Of a DNA stretch of 64,000 nucleotides, positions 10,382-19,337 are shown piece by piece. A model generated the notes under the pieces. It was not told where the DNA came from, did not search any database, and worked only from the letters and a program-made list of their open reading frames with translations. The stretch is from an uncultured Gammaproteobacteria bacterium (lineage in GTDB: Bacteria > Pseudomonadota > Gammaproteobacteria > UBA9214), in the NCBI GenBank assembly GCA_963748215.1, contig CAVVHS010000006.1, positions 339,259 to 403,258 on the forward strand, written 5' to 3'. Each line of letters opens with the position of its first letter. The stretch's first letter is position 1. A program made the position numbers and the translations under genes.

Positions 10382-11110
10382 TTATTTCTCGAGTTCTGCC
10401 GCCCACGGTGCCAGGTGGCGCTGTTCGCGCGGGTTGTCCACCTGGTTGCGCGTCGGGCTGAAGAATACACCCGGTGCATGCAGCAGTTTGCTGATCGGGA
10501 AGATGATCATCAGCGTGGCGACCAGCCCGAGATGCACCAGCAACAGCGGATCTTCGGGAATGGGCTGCCAGTTGAAATACATCAGGCCCAGGAAAAAGGC
10601 CTTGAGCGACACGATGTCGGTGTGCGAAATGTAATCCATGCTCAATCCGGTCAGTGCAATACCCATCAGCAGTGCCAGCATCAGGTGATCGGACAGGGCG
10701 GAGATATAGCGCACCCGGTCCACCAGCACGCGGCGCGCCCACAGGCCGGCCAGTCCGGCGACCATGGCGAAGGCGGCATACAGGCCGAACGGCTGGATGA
10801 GCTCGACCCAGGTCCAGACCGGGTTGGTGAAATAACGCAGGTGGCGTGCCAGCACCAGGAACATGCCGAAGTGAAACAGGTAGCCGAAAATCCAGATCCA
10901 CTTGTTGGAACGGAACAGGCTCTCGAAGAACGCCACTTCCCGGAACATGCGCAGCACGACGCCCTGGCGCGTGACCGGTGCCGGGGTGGTCGGAATCTTC
11001 AAGGGTGCCGGTGTTTTTGCATACTTGCTGATCCTGTAGGCCAGGCCGCCGATCAGCAGGGCGGTGGCAACATAGAACAGAAGTGCATACACAATGGTCC
11101 AGAACGGCAT
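10382..11110 (-). CDS. dsrM: DsrM, NarI-like dihaem cytochrome b membrane subunit
   Basis: 242 aa, five TM helices, conserved His ligands, NarI-like; intact. Confidence 0.8.
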   Translation of the reverse strand: MPFWTIVYALLFYVATALLIGGLAYRISKYAKTPAPLKIPTTPAPVTRQGVVLRMFREVAFFESLFRSNKWIWIFGYLFHFGMFLVLARHLRYFTNPVWTWVELIQPFGLYAAFAMVAGLAGLWARRVLVDRVRYISALSDHLMLALLMGIALTGLSMDYISHTDIVSLKAFFLGLMYFNWQPIPEDPLLLVHLGLVATLMIIFPISKLLHAPGVFFSPTRNQVDNPREQRHLAPWAAELEK

Positions 11111-11186
11111 GCTACCTGGCTCCTGTTAGGGTTGTAAGATTCAGAAGGGCTGCAGGGGATGTCCCCTGCAGCCTTCGGTTGTTGCG

Positions 11187-11522
11187 TCAGACGCAGCCGG
11201 TCGGCTTCGGCAGACCGGCGTACTTGCAGGCCTGCTTGGCGGGACCGTACGGGAACAGCTCGTACAGGTACTTGCTGTTGCCCTTGTCCTTGCCCAGCTT
11301 CTTGCCGATGGCCTTGGTCAGCACGCGAACGGCCGGGGCGATCTGGTATTCCTCGTAGTATTCACGCAGGAAATTGATCACTTCCCAGTGGTTCTCGGTC
11401 AGCTCACAGTCGTCGAGCTTGGCCATGACATCCGCCACGTCCTTGTCCCATGTATTCAGGTCAGCCAGGTAACCTTCTTCGTCAGTTTCGTAAGTCTTGC
11501 CGTTCGCTTCAATTGTACCCAT
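11187..11522 (-). CDS. dsrC: DsrC sulfur-carrier protein
   Basis: 111 aa ending ...PAKQACKYAGLPKPTGCV, with both conserved C-terminal-arm cysteines present; intact. Confidence 0.9.
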   Translation of the reverse strand: MGTIEANGKTYETDEEGYLADLNTWDKDVADVMAKLDDCELTENHWEVINFLREYYEEYQIAPAVRVLTKAIGKKLGKDKGNSKYLYELFPYGPAKQACKYAGLPKPTGCV

Positions 11523-11566
11523 GTGAGGTCTCCTCGTTGGATGACGCTAATCAAAAAAAATGAAAA

Positions 11567-11863
11567 TCAGAGCCAGGACTGTACCTTGTCGTTGGCTGTA
11601 ACCAGATCGACGAACCCGCCGTAATCGATGACGTCGACGCCATCCAGCAGCTTGTCTTCCGTGATGCCGCGCGCGGCCAGGTCCGGCCCGAGCACGGCGA
11701 CCTTGAGGCCTTTCAGCAGGCTTGCCGCCTTGCCGTTTTTCATCGCTCCGTAAATACCATCCTCGATGAGCAGCAACTGGTCGCCATCCTTCATGATGGT
11801 CGATGCCGTGTTCAGGCTGCCGGTGTCGTAGGGTGACTTGTTTACCAGGTGTAACATTGCCAT
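11567..11863 (-). CDS. dsrH: DsrH (TusB-like)
   Basis: 98 aa beginning MAMLHLVNKSPYDT, DsrH/TusB fold; position after dsrF. Confidence 0.75.
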   Translation of the reverse strand: MAMLHLVNKSPYDTGSLNTASTIMKDGDQLLLIEDGIYGAMKNGKAASLLKGLKVAVLGPDLAARGITEDKLLDGVDVIDYGGFVDLVTANDKVQSWL

Positions 11864-11881
11864 TATTCCGGGCTCCCTGTA

Positions 11882-12292
11882 CTAGAAGTTGAACAGCACG
11901 TCTTGCTCGGCGAGCACGTCTGCCATTTCCGCGCGTGTGACCAGGCGGATGGAATCCTTTTCCGCGTAGTCCTCGTCCTCGTCTTCCCAGACCAGGTGTT
12001 GCAGGTCATCCAGGGTCAGGCCGCGTTCCTCGAGGGATTCCTTCTCGACGTAGATCTTGTTGACCTCGTAGTCACCCAGCGCGGCGTAGGTGGGCGAGAA
12101 GTTTTTCATGCCGATGCCCGCGGTGTCCTGGCCCTTGACGAGCTGGTACACACCGTCGTCCAGGAAGGCCATGCTGACGTCCTGTTCGAAGGCGGCGCCG
12201 ATCAGTACCACTTCCAGCGATTCCCACGCATAGATCGTCCCGTAGGGCGCCCTGCGGTTGATGTACATCATTTTCTTGGATTCTTCAGACAT
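11882..12292 (-). CDS. dsrF: DsrF (TusC-like)
   Basis: 136 aa, DsrF/TusC family; position between dsrE and dsrH. Confidence 0.75.
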   Translation of the reverse strand: MSEESKKMMYINRRAPYGTIYAWESLEVVLIGAAFEQDVSMAFLDDGVYQLVKGQDTAGIGMKNFSPTYAALGDYEVNKIYVEKESLEERGLTLDDLQHLVWEDEDEDYAEKDSIRLVTRAEMADVLAEQDVLFNF

Positions 12293-12306
12293 TGCCGCTC
12301 TCCCGC

Positions 12307-12700
12307 TCAGTCGCCGAACACGACCAGTCGATCGCTCTGGACGCCACCTTCGATCAGCTGACCCAGTCCGGAAATGCGGAAGCCGGGGGCGATGTTGGTT
12401 GCGTCCTTGCCGTTACGCTGCGCCTCGCCCTCGTCGACGATGCCGCGCCGCTGGGCGGCAGCCACGCACACCACCATGTCGATGTTGTGTGCCTGTCCCA
12501 GTTCACTCCAGCGCTTGACGATATTGCGATCGTCCTGCGGCGGTGTGGTCAGGCGCGTGCCGTTGTTGACGCCGTCGTGGTAGAAAAAGATACGAAAGAT
12601 CTCGTGTCCCTTTTCCAATGGCCGCCTTGGCGAAAAAGTAGGCCGTGTCCGCGGCCTGGTGCTGGTAGGGCCCCTCGTTAACCTGGATTGTAAGCTTCAT
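12307..12700 (-). pseudogene. dsrE: DsrE (TusD-like sulfurtransferase); 1 frameshift
   Basis: N-terminus MKLTIQVNEGPYQHQAADTAYFFAKAAI is in ORF 12503-12700; the rest (EKGHEIFRIFFYHDGVNN ... CVAAAQRRG ... RLVVFGD) is in ORF 12307-12618. At the junction attgGaaaaggg reads as a 1-nt insertion. Confidence 0.75.
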
Positions 12701-12715
12701 TCACATACCCTCTGA

Positions 12716-13793
12716 TCAGAAACGGATATGGGTTGAAGCGTTCAGGCTTGCACGGGCACCACGCCAGTTGTCGATGTGGTACTTGGTGAACGGCAGCCCG
12801 GTCTTCTCGAAGAAACGCGGCCAGCCGATACGCTCGATCCAGTCGTTGATACGCTCCCAGTCCTTGGCGTCTTCCTTGTAGACCTTGAGGATCTTCTTGA
12901 CGACGGCGGTGGCTTCCGGCCAGCGCGGCGGGTTGTTCGGGATGCCGGAGGCGACCAGCTTCTGGAAGGTCGGCTTGCCGCGGGCATTGGAGTGGTTGCC
13001 GCCCACCCAGATGGCCAGCTTGGAGTGCTCGGCGTCGTTGATCTGCATCGGCGGGCAGGGCGGGTAAGCAGGCACCGCAGCAGATGCACTTCTTCTCGTC
13101 GACTTCCAGCGACGGCTTGCCGTTGACCAGTGCCGGGCGAATGGCCGCGACCGGGCAGCGTGCCACGACCGACGGACGCTCGCAGACGTTGGACAACCAG
13201 GTCGTGGTTGATCTTCGGCGGCTTGGTGTGCTGCACGTTGATGGCGATGTCGCCCTGGCCGCCGCAGTTGATCTGGCAGCAGGAGGTGGTCATGTGCACG
13301 CGGTTCGGCATGTTCGCAGCCTTTGAACTCGTCGATCAGCTCGTCCATCATCGACTTGACCACGCCGGAGGCGTCGGTGCCCGGGATGTCGCAGTGCAGC
13401 CAGCCCTGGGTGTGCGACATCATGGCGACGGAGTTGCTGGGTACCGCCGACGACGAAGCCGGCATCTGTCAGCGCCTTGATCAGCGGCTCGACCTTGGCC
13501 TCGTCGGACACCATGTATTCGATGTTGCTGCGAATGGTGAAGCGCACATAACCCTCGCCGTAGGTGTCACCGATTTCGCACAGCTTGCGCAGGGTGAACA
13601 GGTCGAGGATACGCTGGGTGCCGGCGCGCACGGTCCAGATCTTGTCGCCATTGTTGGCAACGTGCAGCAGGACGCCGGGCTGCGGATCTTCGTGATAGGC
13701 CCACTGCCCGTAGTTCTTGCGCATTACCGGGTGCATGTACTGGAATCCGTCAGGACATCCGGATTCGATCGGCGAACGCATTTCTTGTGCCAT
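12716..13793 (-). pseudogene. dsrB: DsrB, dissimilatory sulfite reductase beta subunit; >=4 frameshifts
   Basis: DsrB segments alternate between three minus-strand frames: 13290-13793 (N-terminus), 12716-13465 (SNSVAMMSHTQGWLHCDIPGTDASG, and again the C-terminus INDAEHSKLAIWVGGNHSN...), 12742-13311 (MTTSCCQINCGGQGDIAINVQHTKPPKI) and 12678-13196 (VDEKKCICCGAC). Shift points fall near 13440, 13320, 13200 and 13055. Confidence 0.8.
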
Positions 13794-13880
13794 GTGATTC
13801 TCCTGAAAATCTCTTCAAGTTTTTGAACAAATCCCGGCGTTTGTACGCCGGGGTTGTCATATATGAACGGGTTGACCGGC

Positions 13881-15147
13881 TTACGCGGAGGCAGCCTGCT
13901 CCTCGGCCTTGCGCTCGAACCACTTCTCGGCTTCTTCGTCCCAGCCGTCCATGCGGACGTAGGAAGACTGGCGCGGGTTGCTGACCATGTTCGGGTCCAC
14001 CTCGACGCCGATGCCTTCGAGGAAGTTGACCAGACCGATACGCTCGATCATTTCACCGCAGCGCTCGTGCTCCAGGCCGTTCTCGGCCCAGAAGTCGATG
14101 ATCTCCTCGGCCATTTCACTGCAGGCTTTCGTAGTCTTCCTCGGTTTCCAGCTTCTTGAACGGGACCACCACGGTACCCATCAGGTCGCCGATCTTCAGC
14201 GTGCGCTTGCCGCCGATCAGGATGGTGACGCCCTTGTCGTCGCCCGGGTGCAGCGCCTTCGGCATGACGTTCAGGCAGTGCATGCAGCGCACGCAGTTCG
14301 TGGTTGTCGACGGTCGATGGTGTCGTCGTCGTTCAGGGTCAGGGCCTTGGTCGGGCAGCGGGTGATGACGTTGTCGATCACGTACTGACGGCCTTTCTTG
14401 CCGACGTAGTCCTTGACTTCTTCCTGGTCGACCTTCATGTCGTCGCGCCAGGTGCCGATGACGGCGAAGTCGGCGCGCTCGATGGCGTTCTGGCAGTCAT
14501 TCGGGCAACCGGAGACCTTGAACTTGAACTTGTAGGGCAGGGCCGGACGGTGCACGTCGTCGGTGAAGTTGTTCACCAGCCAGCGCTGGATGCCGTGCTC
14601 GTTGGCAGCAGGACATTTCGCAGCGCGCCGCACCGACACAGGACATGGCGGTACGCACGCACGGGCCGGCACCACCGAGATCCCAGCCGTACTCGTTGAT
14701 TTCGTCGAAGAAGTGCTGGGTGTTTTCGGTGGTGGTACCGATAAACATGATGTTGCCGGTCTGGCCGTGGAAGGTCACCAGGCCGGAACCCCATTTTTCC
14801 CAGCTGTCGCCGAGCTGGCGCAGCATGTCGGTGGTGTAGTAGTTGCCGGCCGGCGGCTGCACGCGCAGGGTGTGGAATTCCTTCGATTCCGGGAAGGCCT
14901 TGCCGACTTCGGAGAAGCGCGGGATGATGCCGCCGCCATAGCCGTAGACACAGACGGTGCCGCCTTTCCAGTAACCCTTGCGGGTTTCGTAGGAGTGCTC
15001 GAGCTGACCCAGCAAACCGTTGGTGACGTCGTTGATGCGTTCGTCCGGGTGCTCGTCACGCAGCCGCTTGATGCCGGTGATGAAGCTCGGCCAGGGGCCG
15101 TTCTCGAGTTCGTCCAGCATGGGAGTCGGGTAGGTGTTCTTGGCCAT
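13881..15147 (-). pseudogene. dsrA: DsrA, dissimilatory sulfite reductase alpha subunit; >=3 frameshifts
   Basis: N-terminus in ORF 14497-15147 (MAKNTYPTPMLDELENGPW ... SCVGAARCE), the middle in ORF 14271-14675 (KFKFKVSGCPNDCQNAIERADFAVIGTW), the C-terminus in ORF 13881-14114 (IIDFWAENGLEHERCGEMIERIGL). Total span 422 codons, matching full-length DsrA. Confidence 0.85.
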
Positions 15148-15507
15148 GGCAATAATCTCCTGGATTGTTTTCTACACCAATTGGTTTGCTACTGATGACA
15201 GCGCGCGCTGTCGCCCTGCCGGGCAACTGGAAATCAGCGAGTTATACGGAATTACAACAGCGTAACTCTCAGTTGAGCGCATTGTAGAAAGGCTCTGCGG
15301 GTATACATATCCTACCCTTGGGGTGGCGCCTATATGGGCCCGTATCCCGAACGGGGTATTGGCAGAATATTGATTTAATTTCCGGTAGTTATCAGAGTTG
15401 CCCGGATTTACTAATGCGTACAGAACTTTTTCTTATATTAACGCGCACTTAAGTAACCCTTTCTCAACCGGAGAAACGGGATTGCCGGTGTGATTTCAGC
15501 TATTTAG

Positions 15508-15524
15508 ATGAGAATCACTCTCAT
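15508..15524. promoter_or_regulatory. Perfect 6-5-6 inverted repeat ATGAGA-N5-TCTCAT in the divergent dsrA / dioxygenase promoter region
   Basis: Read directly from the sequence in the AT-rich 480-bp intergenic region between dsrA (15147, -) and the 15633 (+) gene. Confidence 0.25.
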
Positions 15525-15632
15525 TAGCAATTGGCCGCCGGCAGCGCAGGCAAGTCCCGGCCCCATGTATTAAACATTTAAGTGTGACCGTAAGATACAG
15601 GCTCCTGAAAAACCGGCCCGTCGCACAACTCC

Positions 15633-16577
15633 ATGATACACAGTCCAGACAGCTTTCGACCCTTTGACCTTGCCGGCGATGCCGACTACCGGGTCTGGCG
15701 CGCGTGGAAGCTGGATGGCTACCCCGTGGCCGCCGCCGACCTGATTGTGGACGTCGGCGATCCGGCGCACCTGTCAGCGGCCGAGCATGCGGCGATCCTG
15801 GCGCGCTGCCGCAAGGCCAATATGGCGATTTATGCCGTCCGGGGTGGTGGTAGCGCGGACAAGGAGGCGGTGCGCGCACTGGGCAGGCAGTTCGGGCTGG
15901 AACGTCTGGACATGAACCTGCGCGCCGACGAGGACAGCATCACCGCGTTGCGGGTGGTACCGGAATCGGCGGGGACCCGTTACATCCCCTACACCAACCG
16001 GCCGCTGAACTGGCATACCGACGGTTACTACAACACGCTCGACGAACAGGTGCGGGCCATCCTGATGCACTGCGTGTCCGCCGCGGCCAGCGGCGGCGAG
16101 AGTGTGCTGTTCGATCACGAACTCGCCTACCTGTTGCTGCGTGACGAGAATCCGGATTACATTCGCGCGCTCATGCAGCCGGACGCCATGACCATCCCGG
16201 CCAACATAGAGGACGGCCGGCAGATCCGCGGCGCGCAATCCGGTCCGGTCTTTACGGTTGAAAAGGGTAGCAACGCCCTCCATATGCGTTATACGGCACG
16301 CACCCGCAGTATCGAGTGGAAGGACGACCGGGACGTGCGCAATGCCATCGAATTCCTGCGTGAATTGCTGGACAGCGACCTGCCCTGGATCTTCCGGCAC
16401 CGGCTGCAGGCCGGACAGGGCATTATCTGCAATAATGTACTGCACAGGCGCGATGCCTTTGACGACGCGGCGGGTGACGGACAGGCCCGGCTGCTGTACC
16501 GGGCGCGTTATCACGACCGGATCCGCGCGACCGTCGCCGACAATGATTTTTATGGAGACAGGCAATGCTGTGGTTGA
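15633..16577 (+). CDS. TauD/TfdA-family Fe(II)/2-oxoglutarate-dependent dioxygenase-like protein
   Basis: 314 aa with a His-x-Asp motif in NWHTDGYYN and overall TauD-like spacing; divergent from dsrA. Confidence 0.6.
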   Translation: MIHSPDSFRPFDLAGDADYRVWRAWKLDGYPVAAADLIVDVGDPAHLSAAEHAAILARCRKANMAIYAVRGGGSADKEAVRALGRQFGLERLDMNLRADEDSITALRVVPESAGTRYIPYTNRPLNWHTDGYYNTLDEQVRAILMHCVSAAASGGESVLFDHELAYLLLRDENPDYIRALMQPDAMTIPANIEDGRQIRGAQSGPVFTVEKGSNALHMRYTARTRSIEWKDDRDVRNAIEFLRELLDSDLPWIFRHRLQAGQGIICNNVLHRRDAFDDAAGDGQARLLYRARYHDRIRATVADNDFYGDRQCCG

Positions 16578-16756
16578 GCGAAGTGCTGATACAGCAGCAT
16601 GACATCGAGTCCTTCGAGGCCCTGAAGCAGGCCATCAGCGCGCGTGCGCGCGGCGGCGAGATCCATTTCCGCATGGATGTGCGTCCGCCGTTTCCCGATA
16701 CACCCGAAGACTGGGAAGACCGGCTGGAAGCGGCCTTCTACTCGACAGGCAATTAA
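16565..16756 (+). CDS. Small hypothetical protein (63 aa), translationally coupled
   Basis: Start overlaps the preceding stop by 13 nt and the next gene starts 13 nt after its stop; coding-like codon usage. Confidence 0.35.
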   Translation: MLWLSEVLIQQHDIESFEALKQAISARARGGEIHFRMDVRPPFPDTPEDWEDRLEAAFYSTGN

Positions 16757-16768
16757 CCCCGGCGGTCA

Positions 16769-17467
16769 ATGACAAGCATGTTCTGGAACGACGAAAAGCA
16801 GAAAGCACCGGACTTCGTGATCCCGGATGACGTCGTCGACCTGGCGTTCAGGATCGGCTGCCCGACACTGCCGCTGGATCACGCCCATGCCCTGTCGCGA
16901 GCCCTGCTCGAGGTCCTGCCCTGGCTGGATGACGAGCCGCATGCCGGCGTCCACCTGATTCACGGTGCCGCCTCCGGTAACGGCTGGTATCGCCCCGAGG
17001 ATGCCGCCAGCGAGCTGCTGCACCTGTCGCGGCGTACCCGCATGCGCCTGCGTGTGCCCAGGCATCGCCTGGAGGATGCGCGCAAGCTGACCGGCCGGCG
17101 GCTCGATATCGGCGGCCATCCGCTCGAAGTCGGCGACTCGGAGGTTTTCCTGCTGAGCAGCCTGTCGACGCTGTTCTCGCGCTACGTCATGACCGGGGCC
17201 GACACCGATGAACAGGCCTTCCTGGAGGAGGCCACGCGTGGGCTGCAGGCCATCGATATCGATTGCCGCAAAATGCTGGGGGGCATCAGCCATGCTCTGC
17301 AGTTCCCGGACGGACCGGTACACACCCGCAGCCTGATGGTGGCGGATCTCGAGCCGGAGCAGTCGGTGCGACTGCAGCAGCTCGGACTGGGCGAGGGGCG
17401 CAGCATCGGCTGCGGCCTGTTCCTGCCGCACAAGGGCATCAAGCCGGTCAACGACGCAAAGGAATAG
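16769..17467 (+). CDS. Hypothetical protein with a Cas6f(Csy4)-like Gly-rich C-terminal motif (EGRSIGCGLFLPHKGIKP)
   Basis: 232 aa. The C-terminus resembles the Csy4 G-rich loop (EGGFTCYGLSKGGFVP) and the N-terminus DLAFRIGCPTLPLDHAHAL resembles DIRLRPDPEFPPAQL. There is no CRISPR array or other cas gene in the window, and the family assignment is not verified. Confidence 0.45.
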   Translation: MTSMFWNDEKQKAPDFVIPDDVVDLAFRIGCPTLPLDHAHALSRALLEVLPWLDDEPHAGVHLIHGAASGNGWYRPEDAASELLHLSRRTRMRLRVPRHRLEDARKLTGRRLDIGGHPLEVGDSEVFLLSSLSTLFSRYVMTGADTDEQAFLEEATRGLQAIDIDCRKMLGGISHALQFPDGPVHTRSLMVADLEPEQSVRLQQLGLGEGRSIGCGLFLPHKGIKPVNDAKE

Positions 17468-17694
17468 CCTTGTCGGTCAGGCGCTGTCCCGGGCGAGGCC
17501 TGCCATTCCGGTGTTGCGCGATAAATACCTGCCCGCGCGGCTGAGACCCGCCAGGACAGCCGGCAAACCGTCGTATAAGGAAACGCACTTCGGCCGGCTT
17601 CCCATATGGGATATGTTCGGTGCTCGGGCAACTGGCTATAGTTGCGCTTATTCAATAATTTACAACGACTTGACTCGCATCCGGAGAGAAGATC

Positions 17695-17898
17695 ATGAGC
17701 AATAAACAGGAACTGATCGCCAAACTGCTGGAAATGCAGAAGAAATTCATCGATTACGAGCATGCCAATGGCGTGGAGATGAAGGACTACTTCGCCGCCG
17801 ATGAAGGCCATCCACTGAAGGGCTTCCGCCAGGAATACACGGACCTGGCTAACCAGCTGGTCGACATCGCGCACACCGAAAAGGGTTCGCATCGCTAG
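17695..17898 (+). CDS. Small hypothetical protein (67 aa)
   Basis: ORF with an upstream AT-rich promoter-like region, followed by a strong terminator. Confidence 0.4.
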   Translation: MSNKQELIAKLLEMQKKFIDYEHANGVEMKDYFAADEGHPLKGFRQEYTDLANQLVDIAHTEKGSHR

Positions 17899-17914
17899 TC
17901 AGGCGTAATAGCAA

Positions 17915-17951
17915 TAAAAAGCCGCATTCCGAAAGGGTGCGGCTTTTTTTT
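17915..17951 (+). terminator. Rho-independent terminator
   Basis: Hairpin aaaaaGCCGCAttccgaaagggTGCGGCtttttttt. Confidence 0.6.
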
Positions 17952-18187
17952 GGCGTGACCTCTAAGGCCAGTAGCGGCCACAGAGGGCACAGAGTACACA
18001 GAGAAAAATCAAATCAGAAAATGCCTGGCCGACACTCGGCACCTTTGTCTGCAGGCGGCCGGGTTACCACCGGAATCCCGTGCCTTGCACCGCTGGTGAC
18101 AGCTTACGCGGAAGATATGAAATAATTCTGTGAGCTCCGTGTTCTCTGTAGCGACTGTTTATTGAATGACGGCTTGCCCGTCCGGAG

Positions 18188-18532
18188 TCAGTACCCGCCC
18201 TTGCGCAGGATGAATGGCAGACCGGCGATCCGGTTACCCTGCTTGCTGGGGGCGAAGGGGAACAGTTCAAAGAGTTCCTTGCTGCTGACTTTCTTGTCCC
18301 AGATCTTGGCCATGCTCTTGTTGATCACCCGCTCCATGGGCTGTGAGCCGTTGTTATCGAAGTATTCCGAGCGCAGGTAATTCAGTACATCGAAATGCGC
18401 CTCGGTCAGCTCGATACCTTCCTTGGCGGCCAGTGCTTTCGCAACATCCTCATCCCAGGCGGTCGGGTCGGTGAGATTGCCGTTCTCATCCAGTTCGATG
18501 CTCTTGCCGTTTACGTCCAGTGCCATTTTCAT
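18188..18532 (-). CDS. DsrC/TusE-family paralog lacking both conserved cysteines
   Basis: 114 aa: MKMALDVNGKSIELDENGNLTDPTAWDEDVAKALAAKEGIELTEAHFDVLNYLR... aligns with DsrC along its length, but the C-terminus is SKQGNRIAGLPFILRKGGY rather than AKQACKYAGLPKPTGCV. Confidence 0.7.
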   Translation of the reverse strand: MKMALDVNGKSIELDENGNLTDPTAWDEDVAKALAAKEGIELTEAHFDVLNYLRSEYFDNNGSQPMERVINKSMAKIWDKKVSSKELFELFPFAPSKQGNRIAGLPFILRKGGY

Positions 18533-18740
18533 GCTCCTGATTCAACTTGAGAAAAGAATTTTGAGGCGGAATTGTATTGCAATACAGCCGTCATCGGAAG
18601 AGGTGCGAACACGACCCGGTATGCATTTTACAGGCATTCCACAGGGTATTTTCCCGTGCCACAACGCCTGGACGATGTCTTCAGGGAAGCCGGATGTGCG
18701 GATAAAATACCCGTTCCGAAAATTGATCGATGGCTGACAC

Positions 18741-19250
18741 ATGCGTATTCGGGAATTCACCCTGCCAGACCCGGCGGCACTCAACGAGCGTCTGTATGCC
18801 CGGTTTCTGGAATTATCCGGCACCGACCGGATCAGGCAGACCCATCATTTTGCCGGCCGTTTCGAGAACACCTACATCGCCGCGGCTGACATACCGGAGA
18901 TTGCCGCGGTTCTGGATGTGTTCCGGCAGCAGGCCGCGCAGTGGCTGGACGTTGCCGCGGATACGCTGAAGGCCGGGTTCTGGTTTAACGCCATGGGACC
19001 GGGGCACGTGACTTCACCGCATCACCACGACGAGAACGACGAGCTCCTTTCGGCGGTGTACTACATCCGCGTACCCGCAAACTCCGGCGAGTTGATCCTG
19101 TACGACGACGATACGCCGGTCACCGTGCGGCCGGAAGAAGGCAAGCTGGTGATGTTCGGTCCTGATGTGATGCACGAGGTGACGGTCAACAACAGCCCGG
19201 AGCTGCGCCTGTCTGTCGGCATGAACATCGGGCCGGCTGATGCGGAATAG
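18741..19250 (+). CDS. 2OG-Fe(II) oxygenase superfamily protein (TIGR02466-like cupin)
   Basis: 169 aa with HHHDENDELLSAVYYIRVP ... MHEV, a H-x-D...H facial-triad pattern. Confidence 0.5.
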   Translation: MRIREFTLPDPAALNERLYARFLELSGTDRIRQTHHFAGRFENTYIAAADIPEIAAVLDVFRQQAAQWLDVAADTLKAGFWFNAMGPGHVTSPHHHDENDELLSAVYYIRVPANSGELILYDDDTPVTVRPEEGKLVMFGPDVMHEVTVNNSPELRLSVGMNIGPADAE

Positions 19251-19337
19251 CCGGTTGGTCAAAATCTCTCACGGCGATTTCGTCACTAACGCCCAACCCA
19301 GGCAACGGGAAAATATTTCACCTGTTTGGTATGGGCG

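Noticed and set aside
16769-17467. Calling a bona fide Cas6f or CRISPR-Cas system
   Set aside because: Only a C-terminal motif resemblance supports it. With no array or partner cas genes it is kept as a hypothesis, not a feature call.
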